A stretch of 64,000 bases of DNA from Thermoanaerobaculia bacterium. Lineage in GTDB: Bacteria > Acidobacteriota > Thermoanaerobaculia > Gp7-AA8. Shown here piece after piece: positions 24,836 through 33,823 of this stretch. The notes below the pieces were generated by a model that saw only the letters and a list, made by a program, of their open reading frames with translations, had not been told where the DNA came from and ran no database searches. The stretch's first letter is position 1, and each line of letters starts with the position of its first letter. The DNA is taken from the NCBI GenBank assembly GCA_035629865.1, contig DASPHC010000082.1:12158-76157 (forward strand), read 5' to 3'. The translations under genes and the position numbers were made by a program.

Positions 24836-26590
24836 ATGTCTGTTCGGAAGTTCATCGGTGGTGTCTTGTCCGTCCTGGTTCTGACGGTCCTGCCGGCCGC
24901 AGCGCAGGACGCGGTCAAAAAAGACGAGGTCACGCCGGCCGCAAAGGCGCACGACACTTCGGCCGTGCCGGATGGCGGCATGCCGCACTGGATCCGGCCG
25001 GAGACGCCCGAGCAGCGCAAGGAGCGGCTCAGCACGCAGGAAGACCCCGGCATCAATCCCAACGAGGAGACGATCTGGTGGCGCTTCGGCAAGCAGTACC
25101 GGATCCGCAAGTTCGACAAGAAGTGGTCCCGCTACACCGACCAGCCCGGCTTCGTGAAGCCGTTCGCGTTCGCGAACTTCACCGAAGAGCTCTACCAGGA
25201 GAACGAGAAGTGGGTCTGGGTCTGGATGGAAGAGCTCGAGGACGTGCCTCCGCCGACCGAAGAGGACGTGCGGGAGGCGAACTACCGCGAGCTCGATCAG
25301 ACTCAGGTGGAGTTCCTCGAATCGCTCCGCGGTGAATTCACCCCGCTCGAAGCGCCGAAGTCGAACGTGAAGGTCCGCTTCGAGAAGGCGTCGACCGGCT
25401 TGCCGGAAGAAGGATCGTGGCGCAACTCGCTGGCGGTCGCCGACATGAACGGAGACGGTCACGCCGACATCATCCTTCCGCCGGAGCGCGCCGGCCGCAT
25501 CATCCCGTCGATCTTCCTCGGCGACGGCAAGGGGACGTGGAAGTTCTGGTCGACGGTCCAGTGGCCGGGCCGCCTGAACTACGGCAGCGTGGTCGCCGCC
25601 GATTTCAACAAAGACAAGAAGATGGACCTCGCCTTCGGCGTCCACCTGAGCGGTGTGGCGATCCTGATGGGCGACGGCAAGGGCAACTTCACCGAGGCCG
25701 AGCGCCTCACCAACTTCCCGACGCGGCGCGTCCTCGTCCGCGACGTCGATGCCGACGGCTGGATGGACGTGGTGGCCCTCAGCGAAGGCCCGGTCATGCG
25801 CGGCAGCGACCTCAAAGGCCCCGGCTTCGGCAACCTCCGCGCGTACCTGAACCGGAAGAAGGGGACGGAGTGGGAGGGGGCGAACATCGCCGATCCGAAG
25901 CAGCGCATCAGCGGCGACTGGCTCGCCGCCGGCGACTTCAACGGCGACAAGTTCCCCGACTTCGTCGGCTCCAACCTCTACTTCAACGGCACCGACACCA
26001 TTTACCTGAGCAAAGGGGCGAACGCGTACGAGTCGCTCGCCGGCCAGCAGTCGATCGTTCCGTTCCGCTCCTACTACTGGGCGACGACGGCCGGCCGCTT
26101 CAGCTCGCGCAACCGCGACGAGGCCATCGTGACATTCACGCGCCAGTGGGTGCCGCGTCTCGACCCGAAGCTGATCCCGGCGCCGCCACTCGAGAAAGTC
26201 TCGGGCCTCGACCGGATCAGTTTCGAGGGGGGAACGCCGAAGCGGACGCCGATCGTCCGCTGGGGCGGGAAGAGCGCCAGCCGCGTCACCGGGATCGGGA
26301 GCGGAGACTTCGACGGCGACGGGCATCAGGACATTCTTTATGCGCGAGCGGACGAGCGTGCGTTCAAGCTGCTGGTCGGCGACGGGAAGGGTGGGTTCCG
26401 CGAGGCGGTGCTCGAAGGATTGGAGCTGGCGGGCACGCAGCGGTTCTACGACCTCGGACTTGCGGACGTGAACGGGGACAAACGGCTCGACGTGGTCATG
26501 ATGTACGAGGCGCAGACCGGAACGTCGTTTTCGCGCAAAAACGGTAAAGTCGAAGTGTTTTTGAACCGAGGAGCGGGGAAAGCGGAGTGA
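24836..26590 (+). CDS. Secreted FG-GAP/VCBS-repeat beta-propeller protein
   Basis: 584 aa. Signal peptide ...VLPAAAQD. Calcium-loop repeats ADMNGDGHADI, AADFNKDKKMDL, VRDVDADGWMDV, AGDFNGDKFPDF, SGDFDGDGHQDI, LADVNGDKRLDV. RBS AGGAG follows 20 nt after the wzm stop. Confidence 0.85.
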   Translation: MSVRKFIGGVLSVLVLTVLPAAAQDAVKKDEVTPAAKAHDTSAVPDGGMPHWIRPETPEQRKERLSTQEDPGINPNEETIWWRFGKQYRIRKFDKKWSRYTDQPGFVKPFAFANFTEELYQENEKWVWVWMEELEDVPPPTEEDVREANYRELDQTQVEFLESLRGEFTPLEAPKSNVKVRFEKASTGLPEEGSWRNSLAVADMNGDGHADIILPPERAGRIIPSIFLGDGKGTWKFWSTVQWPGRLNYGSVVAADFNKDKKMDLAFGVHLSGVAILMGDGKGNFTEAERLTNFPTRRVLVRDVDADGWMDVVALSEGPVMRGSDLKGPGFGNLRAYLNRKKGTEWEGANIADPKQRISGDWLAAGDFNGDKFPDFVGSNLYFNGTDTIYLSKGANAYESLAGQQSIVPFRSYYWATTAGRFSSRNRDEAIVTFTRQWVPRLDPKLIPAPPLEKVSGLDRISFEGGTPKRTPIVRWGGKSASRVTGIGSGDFDGDGHQDILYARADERAFKLLVGDGKGGFREAVLEGLELAGTQRFYDLGLADVNGDKRLDVVMMYEAQTGTSFSRKNGKVEVFLNRGAGKAE

Positions 26591-26689
26591 AATGTCGGAT
26601 TTCCGTTGCAGTCGGGGCTGATCGCGGGTATAGTCCGCAAAATCCTCTAAAGGGATATGGCGCTATCGCATAAAAAAGCGGCAAGGGTA

Positions 26690-26718
26690 TTGACTTCGCG
26701 AATATTTCAGCCTACTTT
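26690..26718 (+). promoter_or_regulatory. Possible sigma-70-like promoter
   Basis: TTGACT (26690-26695) - 17 nt - TACTTT (26713-26718) in a less GC-rich 274-nt spacer. Confidence 0.35.
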
Positions 26719-26864
26719 TGAGCAGTTCAGTCGATCAGCAGCCACTTTCGTTTGAAAAACGGATTGTCAAAACTGAATACGGAGGTGATCGTATCGTCTG
26801 GATTGGGTGAGCCAAGCCTTCGTTCGTTTTTCACTAAATACAGTTGGAAGTGTAGGAGATAGAA

Positions 26865-28271
26865 ATGAAGAAACTTACCGTTTGGGCATTGCTGGCCACG
26901 CTCGTGGTTGCAGGCTCGGCGTTCGCGCTGCCGCAGCGCGGCCTGGTGGAAGGCAATGCGACCTTCGCCACCGGCGCTCCGGCAACGACGGACAACGATG
27001 ACGCCTGCGACATCGGCGTTGCGCCAGCCGCCACGCTGCTCCTCCCGTACTTCGAGGTGGACCTCACCTCGCGTGCGGGCGAACAGACCGTGTTTTCGAT
27101 CACGAATGTGTCGGATGTCGAGCAGGTCGCTCACATCACGCTGTGGACGGATTACTCGTTCCCGGTCATCGACTTCAACGTGTTCCTGACCGGCTACGAC
27201 GTCCAGAGCATCAACCTCTATGACGTCATCGCGCTCGGCCAGATCGCGCCGACCCGCGGTACCGGCTTCGAGGACTCGGGCTCGCCGCAGGGCGCGTTCT
27301 CGTCCGACGACGCCAACCCGCTCGTTGCGCAGACCACCTGCCGCAACCTGCCGATGCAGCTCGACCAGGCCTACCGCACTCGTATGCAGCAGGCCTTCAC
27401 CCTGGGCCGCGTTCCGGCTCTCGGTACGGGCGGCGTCGCCTGCACCAACATCGGCGGCACGCACACCAATGCCGTCGGTTACGCGACGATCGACGTCGCG
27501 AGCGTCTGCGGCACGCAGCTGCCCAGCGATCCGGCGTACTTCACGGGCGCTGGTGAAGCGCTGTTCGACAACGTCCTGGTCGGCGACTACCAGCAGGTCA
27601 ACGCTGCGCAGAACTACGCCCAGGGCAATCCGATGGTTCACATCCGTGCAGTCCCTGAGGGTGGCACGCCGGAAGATGCGATCGCGACCAACTTCACGCG
27701 CACGTTCTACGGCCGTTACCAGGCTGCCGGTACCCCGACGGCTGACCGCCGTCAGCCGCTCCCGTCGACCTTCGCCGCTCGCTGGATCGACGGTGGCACG
27801 GGTGCGTTCGAGACCTACTACAAGATCTGGCGTGAAGGCGACGTGACCGGCCTGGCCGGCTGCACGGGCGCTGATGCCGTGATCAACAACGTGACCCAGG
27901 TCACCGAGTTCGTCACCTTCGACGAAGAAGAGAACGCTATTGGAGCCGCGCCGGAAGAAGGCCCGGTTTCGCCCCCGATCACCAACGAGTTCGTGCTGCC
28001 GGAAACCGGTCTCCACCGGATGGGCGACGGCGAGACCTTCCCCGAGTTCGAAGATGAAGTCGCGGGCTGGATCTACATGAACCTCGACAACGACGCCGAT
28101 GACGACATCGCTTCCCAGAACTGGGTCGTCGTCTCGATGCGCGCGCAGGGTGTCTACTCGGTCGACTTCGACGCTGCGTGGCTCGGCAATGGTTGCTCGC
28201 CGGAAGCTCCGGAGTCCGAAGTGAACGAGGGCACCGCGTCCATCGGACCGGCGCCGAACGTCACCCCGTAA
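26865..28271 (+). CDS. Secreted hypothetical protein (no recognised domain)
   Basis: 468 aa. Signal MKKLTVWALLATLVVAGSAFA. GGAG RBS. Blocks LLLPYFEVDL, HITLWTDYSFPVIDFNVFLTGYDVQSINLYD, GYATIDVASVCG, TFYGRYQ, GWIYMNLDN. Confidence 0.8.
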   Translation: MKKLTVWALLATLVVAGSAFALPQRGLVEGNATFATGAPATTDNDDACDIGVAPAATLLLPYFEVDLTSRAGEQTVFSITNVSDVEQVAHITLWTDYSFPVIDFNVFLTGYDVQSINLYDVIALGQIAPTRGTGFEDSGSPQGAFSSDDANPLVAQTTCRNLPMQLDQAYRTRMQQAFTLGRVPALGTGGVACTNIGGTHTNAVGYATIDVASVCGTQLPSDPAYFTGAGEALFDNVLVGDYQQVNAAQNYAQGNPMVHIRAVPEGGTPEDAIATNFTRTFYGRYQAAGTPTADRRQPLPSTFAARWIDGGTGAFETYYKIWREGDVTGLAGCTGADAVINNVTQVTEFVTFDEEENAIGAAPEEGPVSPPITNEFVLPETGLHRMGDGETFPEFEDEVAGWIYMNLDNDADDDIASQNWVVVSMRAQGVYSVDFDAAWLGNGCSPEAPESEVNEGTASIGPAPNVTP

Positions 28272-28296
28272 TCCCGTAGTCAGGCGTTTCGCCGAA

Positions 28297-28330
28297 AGGC
28301 GGGCCGGTTCGCCGGCCCGCCTTTTTTCTT
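28297..28330 (+). terminator. Rho-independent terminator
   Basis: aggcgggccgg-ttcg-ccggcccgcct followed by tttttctt. Confidence 0.85.
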
Positions 28331-28380
28331 GGTTCGAGCACCGTTCCGTCCAAGCTTTGCTCGAGCGATGAAAAAATCCG

Positions 28381-28408
28381 TTGTCAATTTTGTCGGTTCG
28401 CTTACAAT
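28381..28408 (+). promoter_or_regulatory. Sigma-70-like promoter of the giant PKD gene
   Basis: TTGTCA (28381-28386) - 16 nt - TACAAT (28403-28408). Confidence 0.5.
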
Positions 28409-28486
28409 AACAACGCTTTCTCGCTGGTCCACGCGCGAGCGGTATCGATCGTCCGTCCGTTCTCGAATCCATTCCGGGGGTGTCTG

Positions 28487-31400
28487 GTGAAGTTTGGGTG
28501 CAAATTGAGTCTCGTTCTGCTTACGCTCGTCCTGGCGACGTCGTCTGCATTCGGCAATAACTATCCGTATCCCGGGAAACGCACCGAGGTGCCCTGCACC
28601 GGCTGTCCGGATGACAACAAGGACCTTCCCACCTACGCGTACAACGATCCGATCGTGGCGCACGTGGGCCGGTTCGTCGATTCGAGCCGCACCATCAACG
28701 CGCAGCACATCGGCATGCGCACCATCCGCGCCCGCGCCATCCGCTCCAACCTCAATACCGATCGTGTTTACCTCGCCCTCGGCGAGACGGTCGGCAGCTA
28801 CAACATGGACACGTTCTTCACCACGGTCCTGAAAGCGCAGATGTCGCCGGCGAGCACCCTCCAGACCGGCGATCCTTATGGCCGTTACAGCACTCCGATC
28901 GAGCGCATCGCCATCCCGGATTCGTTCCTCTACCCGGAAGCGAAGAAGTCCGGCTGGCGGACCGAGTGGCTCGACCACCAGGTCAACCTCACCGACTTCG
29001 ACTCTGACGATCGCGGCAACGTCTACGTCGGAAACCTCTACTGGGGCTGGGGCATCTCGAAGGACACGGGCCTCACGAACGGAACGCACATGACGTTCGT
29101 GTCGCAGACCGACGCAGGCATTGAGCCGAACGCGGTGATCTCGATCAAGTCGGGCAACCGGTACTACGCCATCATCGCCACCGCCGCGAACTCGAACTCG
29201 GCGAAGCAGATCGTTTACGACACTACCAACCCGGCCTCGCCGGTGAAGGGCGTGACCCGCACCGGCAAGCATTGGGGAGTTTCGAGCTGGACGAAGAACG
29301 ACGAACTGGAGCGCATCGCCATCATCAGCCCTGACGGCGTACTGCGCATCTACAGCTACTCCTCGCTCGTCAGCGGCACTCCGATCGCGGAGTTCTCGCC
29401 GCAGGGCTCCGCCAAGTACCTCGATGCCGCCATCGACGAGACGGGCCGCATCTGGGTCGCCGAGACGAACTCCAACGTGCTCGTGCGCATCTCACCCAAC
29501 GGCAGCGGCTACACGCGGACTACCCACTCGGTCTACGGCGGGCCGTTCGCTCCGCTCAAGATCGCCGCGGCCGGAGGCTACGTCGCCATCGCCGGCAAGA
29601 CCGACGCGAACGAAGTTCGCCTCATCAAGCTCGAAGGCTCGAACCCCGTTCCGGTCGATACCAACAACTTTTTCCGCAAATACTACTTCGCGCCGCCGCT
29701 CGGCTACGCCGGCCCGACGCTTTTCGTTCCCGCCTACACCTCGTTCTCCGACATCGGACTGGTCGAGCATGGGAACAAGACCTATCTGATCTTCAGCGCT
29801 GAGGGTCTCGGCGACGTCTACGAGATCGAGGCGGGAGAAGCGATCTCCGCTTCGATGATCCCGAACTCGTTCGGCACGACGAACCCGAATGCCCCGAAAC
29901 CGGTCGACGGGCCGTTCTACGGCGACCTCCTGAAGTTCAAGGCTACCAGCAACAGCACGACCGCCACCTACACGGTCGATTGGAACTTCGGCAACCCTGA
30001 GGCGCCGACCAACATCCGACAGACGGACCTCGGCGCTCAGATCGAGCACCAGTACAGCGGTCTCACCACCGCTGCCAAGATCTCGGCGCCGAAGACGGTC
30101 ACGGCCAAGGCGACGAGCGACGCCTCGATCGCCTCCGACCTCACCGTCAACCTCAAGGTGCCGGTCGCACGAGTCGGCATCCCGGGCCGTGCCCAGGGGA
30201 TGACCACCGCGACCAAGGAAGCGTTCGTCGTCGTCGCCGGTGAGAAGTTCACCGACGCCTCGGATGGTGCGGTCGAAGGCCACTACTCGAGCTGGGCGAT
30301 CGACAGCCTGCCGGCCGTGAAGATCAAGCCGAACGGCGAGATCCCGGTCGGAGCTCTCGGCTCTCACACGCTGACCATGACCGCGAACTACGGCATGTAC
30401 GACGAGACCACGCTCACCGGCTCGAACCCGTACACGGTCCTCGTCGATCAGTTGACGTACACCGTGCGTCCGTTCACGGCGACCATCAAGCCGCCGGCGA
30501 ACAGCGCCAATAACCTCACATTCACCGCCGACGCCCGTGCGACCCCGGACCGGCTGCTCCTCAACACTTCGCAGTGGACCGTGACCTGGACGCTGGTCGG
30601 TGGTTCGGCCGCCGCGGCCGAGGCCGCGGGCTTTGAGCCGACCGCGGCGGAGACCGTCAACGTCGGCACCGTCCCGCCGTTCGTCGTCCCGAAGGGACTG
30701 ATCGTCAACGGCAGCAAGGTCAAGCTGCAGATCACCGTCCCCGCCGCCGCCGTCACGTTGCCGGCGTACGTTAGCGTCGAAGACGAAACGACCCTGGTCA
30801 TCCCCGACCCGGCCGTCTCGAAGACCGGCTGCGGCAACGCCGGCGATCCCTGCACGCTGACCGCAAAGTCGGCGGCCAGCCCGAGCGCCTCCACCAGTTC
30901 GTGGAGCCTGTCGTGGAGCATCAAGCTCGGCAGCAACACGGTGAAGACCGGTACCGATAACCCGATCACTTTTACGCCGGCCACTGCCGGCGCCTACACC
31001 GCCACCGTCACCGACACGGTATTCGGCAAGACCGGCAAACTGGATTTCACCGTGGCCGCGGCCACATGTGGCCCGATCGCCGAGTCGCACCAGGCGAATC
31101 CTGCCACGGATTGCGGCAACAACTGCCAGGCCAACGTCGACATCGAGTTCACGCCGAACTTCTTCGGCTACGCCGTGCAGCCGTGTGACCAGTTCACCTG
31201 GGATTTTGGTGACAACACCAAGGCCACGACCGAAGTCGCCAAGCACAAGTACACCGCGAACGGCACCTATCCGGTGAAGTTCACCCTCAAGAACAATACC
31301 GGCTCGCACACGTGGCCGACGCTCTCGGTCAAGATCGGCGGCGGCGTCGTCACGCCGCCCACGTGCGTCGCGCCGACCGCGATCACGTTCGACTGGCTCG

Positions 31401-33673
31401 GCACCAAGGGCTGCAGCCCGAGCAAGGCTTGTGAAGTCGGGGAGTCGGTGAAGTTCACCGGCCGCCGCGGCGCGAGCGCGCTCGCCAACTGCGACACCAC
31501 GCAGTGGAACATCAACGGCACCCAGACGGCGACCAAGTCGCCCTCGTTCACCTTCACCTCCACCGGTACCTTCACGGTTTCGTTGACCGTCTCCAACGGG
31601 GAAGGCACGGCGCCGGCCGTCTCCAAGTCGGTCAACGTCGTTCCGTCCACCGCTTCCTGCACCGGCTCGGCGCCGGAGCAGGCCGTCAGCATCGAGTACG
31701 AAGGTGCGGTCAGCGGCTGCATCGGCGGCGGTACGGTTCTCTGCCAGGCCACCGAGACGATCCAGTTCAACCCGACCTTCTTCGGCTACTCGCCGCAGCC
31801 CTGCGACCGTTACGAGTGGGATTTCGGCGACGGTACGCCGAAGTCGTCCGCGCAGTCGCCGACGCATGCTTACGCTGATGCAGTCAACCGGACGGCGACG
31901 CTGCGGGTCTACAACACCAACAACCCCACCGGCGTGACGAAGACGGCGGACGTGCTGTTCAGCACCGCGCCGATCAAGCAGCAGCCGGTGCTCGCGTTCT
32001 CCAATCCGCCCTCCAGCGGCTCCAAGGGTGTTCAGATGACGTTCACCGTCGATTCGGACATCAGCACCACCGGCTGGGTGTGGAACTTCGGTGACGGCAC
32101 CGGCAACGACACCTCGCAGTCGACGCGGGTCGCGAGGAACAGCACCATCACGCACACATTCAACAAGACGGGCCCGGTCAGCGTGCAGGTTTCCGCGCGG
32201 AACGCCGAGGAAACGAACCTCAGCCGCGTCGGTATCGCCGTATTGACCCTCGACATCACCGAGACACCCGAGTACCGCTACCTGCTGCCGGTCGTCACGC
32301 ACGGTCCCGGTCAGAACAACAGCGTCTGGCGCACGGACGTGCAGATCTACAACCCCGATCCGACGGTCTCCGACAATAACCAGCTCGAGCTGACCGCCAC
32401 GTTCAATGGCGCCCCCACGACGCTCCGTGTCGCCCAGTCGACCTATATCTTCGAAGACTTCATGCAGCGCCTGACCACCGCGAGCTCCGCGTCGGGTCCG
32501 GTCATCCTCAGTACCCGGTCGAAGTACGCGCCGCAGATCTGGACGCGTACCTATAACCAGACCGAGAACGGCACCTTCGGCCAGTTCATCCCGGCCATCC
32601 GTCTCGACGCAGCCGGCGGCGGCAGCGCCATCGGTACCGGCAAGTACTTCCTGGCCGGCCTGAGGAACGACGCCAGCTACCGCACGAACCTGGGCTTCGT
32701 GAACCCGAACGACCAGGCCATCACGGTCCACGTGGCGGTCTACGACGACCAGGGTCTCAGCCTCGGCCAGTTCGACCGGACGCTCCAGCCGTTCGTCCTC
32801 GACCAGTTCCCGATCACCCATGCGTCGGCCCTTCCGAACCTCAAGGCAGACCGTCCGTTCAGCCTCGAGATGACGGTACCGGACGGGAAGTGGATGATCT
32901 CCTACGCTTCGTCCATCAACAGCGCCAGCAACGATCCGGTCTACCTGCAGGCCATCCGCGAGAGCGAGCTCTCGTCGGTCGACTATCGCGACAGCTTCAT
33001 CCCCGGCGTCGGACACGTCGGCGCCTGGCGCAGCGACGTGACGGTCTTCAACCCCTACAACCGGGTCGTAACGGTCGACCTGTCGTACTACGACCAGAGC
33101 GGCGCGCTGAAGGGTGAGGCGAACAACGTCCCGGTCCCCGCGGGCGCGTTCCTGCAGTACAACGACTTCCTCAAGCAAGGTGTCTTCGGCAACCTGGCCG
33201 ACTCGCTCGGCGTCCTTCGCGTCAGCGTACCGTCGACCGTCGCCGCGGATCACTTCCCAATGACGTTCGCCCGCACCTACAACGACGACGGCAGCGGCAA
33301 GACTTACGGCCAGGGCATCGGCGGCTTCGCCGCCTCCCGCGCCAACGTCAAGCCTGGCAAGCCGGCGCTGATCCCTGCCGTCCGCAACGTCCCCGGCAAG
33401 TACTACACGAACGTCGGCCTGACGAACGTCTCCAATACAGACGCCGTCGTGACGGTGAAGGTGCTCAACCCGAACACCGGCGCCGAGATCGCGGCCCAGC
33501 AGCACACCGTCAAGGCGTTCCAGAGCCTCGTCTACCGTCTCGACATCGGCGCCTTCGAGAATGCCTCGATCAAGGTCGAAGTCACGGGCGGCAACATCTG
33601 GGCCTTCTGCTCGATGATCGACGACCGTACGAAGGATCCGGAGTACATCTCGGCGCAGCCGGTCGTGCAGTAA
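28487..33673 (+). CDS. Giant secreted protein: N-terminal propeller-like region, multiple PKD/Ig-like domains, two C-terminal copies of an uncharacterised beta-rich domain
   Basis: 1728 aa, GTG start. Signal LVLATSSAFG. PKD signatures WDFGDNTKATTEVAKHKYTANGTYPV, WDFGDGTPKSSAQSPTHAY, WNFGDGTGND. C-terminal tandem domains begin at YRYLLPVVTHGPGQNNSVWRTDVQIYNP and at FIPGVGHVGAWRSDVTVFNP. Confidence 0.9.
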   Translation: MKFGCKLSLVLLTLVLATSSAFGNNYPYPGKRTEVPCTGCPDDNKDLPTYAYNDPIVAHVGRFVDSSRTINAQHIGMRTIRARAIRSNLNTDRVYLALGETVGSYNMDTFFTTVLKAQMSPASTLQTGDPYGRYSTPIERIAIPDSFLYPEAKKSGWRTEWLDHQVNLTDFDSDDRGNVYVGNLYWGWGISKDTGLTNGTHMTFVSQTDAGIEPNAVISIKSGNRYYAIIATAANSNSAKQIVYDTTNPASPVKGVTRTGKHWGVSSWTKNDELERIAIISPDGVLRIYSYSSLVSGTPIAEFSPQGSAKYLDAAIDETGRIWVAETNSNVLVRISPNGSGYTRTTHSVYGGPFAPLKIAAAGGYVAIAGKTDANEVRLIKLEGSNPVPVDTNNFFRKYYFAPPLGYAGPTLFVPAYTSFSDIGLVEHGNKTYLIFSAEGLGDVYEIEAGEAISASMIPNSFGTTNPNAPKPVDGPFYGDLLKFKATSNSTTATYTVDWNFGNPEAPTNIRQTDLGAQIEHQYSGLTTAAKISAPKTVTAKATSDASIASDLTVNLKVPVARVGIPGRAQGMTTATKEAFVVVAGEKFTDASDGAVEGHYSSWAIDSLPAVKIKPNGEIPVGALGSHTLTMTANYGMYDETTLTGSNPYTVLVDQLTYTVRPFTATIKPPANSANNLTFTADARATPDRLLLNTSQWTVTWTLVGGSAAAAEAAGFEPTAAETVNVGTVPPFVVPKGLIVNGSKVKLQITVPAAAVTLPAYVSVEDETTLVIPDPAVSKTGCGNAGDPCTLTAKSAASPSASTSSWSLSWSIKLGSNTVKTGTDNPITFTPATAGAYTATVTDTVFGKTGKLDFTVAAATCGPIAESHQANPATDCGNNCQANVDIEFTPNFFGYAVQPCDQFTWDFGDNTKATTEVAKHKYTANGTYPVKFTLKNNTGSHTWPTLSVKIGGGVVTPPTCVAPTAITFDWLGTKGCSPSKACEVGESVKFTGRRGASALANCDTTQWNINGTQTATKSPSFTFTSTGTFTVSLTVSNGEGTAPAVSKSVNVVPSTASCTGSAPEQAVSIEYEGAVSGCIGGGTVLCQATETIQFNPTFFGYSPQPCDRYEWDFGDGTPKSSAQSPTHAYADAVNRTATLRVYNTNNPTGVTKTADVLFSTAPIKQQPVLAFSNPPSSGSKGVQMTFTVDSDISTTGWVWNFGDGTGNDTSQSTRVARNSTITHTFNKTGPVSVQVSARNAEETNLSRVGIAVLTLDITETPEYRYLLPVVTHGPGQNNSVWRTDVQIYNPDPTVSDNNQLELTATFNGAPTTLRVAQSTYIFEDFMQRLTTASSASGPVILSTRSKYAPQIWTRTYNQTENGTFGQFIPAIRLDAAGGGSAIGTGKYFLAGLRNDASYRTNLGFVNPNDQAITVHVAVYDDQGLSLGQFDRTLQPFVLDQFPITHASALPNLKADRPFSLEMTVPDGKWMISYASSINSASNDPVYLQAIRESELSSVDYRDSFIPGVGHVGAWRSDVTVFNPYNRVVTVDLSYYDQSGALKGEANNVPVPAGAFLQYNDFLKQGVFGNLADSLGVLRVSVPSTVAADHFPMTFARTYNDDGSGKTYGQGIGGFAASRANVKPGKPALIPAVRNVPGKYYTNVGLTNVSNTDAVVTVKVLNPNTGAEIAAQQHTVKAFQSLVYRLDIGAFENASIKVEVTGGNIWAFCSMIDDRTKDPEYISAQPVVQ

Positions 33674-33697
33674 GTTTCAAATCCAGGCTGTTCTTCG

Positions 33698-33727
33698 GTG
33701 GCGGGCTACGGCCCGCCACTTTTTTTG
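33698..33727 (+). terminator. Rho-independent terminator of the giant gene
   Basis: gtggcgggc-tacg-gcccgccac followed by ttttttt. Confidence 0.9.
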
Positions 33728-33734
33728 GTCACAA

Positions 33735-33820
33735 ACAGGACTGACAGGACCTACAGGACAGAGCAGGTTTCCCCCGCCCGAGCCCGCCCTATTGGTCCTA
33801 CCAGTCCTATCGGTCCTATT
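33735..33820. repeat. Imperfect inverted repeat of 9-mers ACAGGACNN / complement of ATAGGACNN
   Basis: 33735-33761 acaggactg acaggacct acaggacag; 33791-33817 attggtcct accagtcct atcggtcct. Ends 3 nt before the wzt ATG. Confidence 0.75.
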
Positions 33821-33823
33821 AGA

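Noticed and set aside
24812-26326. 504-aa minus-strand ORF
   Set aside because: It is antisense to the FG-GAP protein gene, which has clear calcium-loop repeats and a signal peptide.
29492-33505. 1337-aa minus-strand ORF
   Set aside because: It is antisense to the PKD giant, which has a signal peptide, PKD signatures, a promoter and a terminator. The shadow is Arg/Gly/Asp/Val low-complexity sequence.
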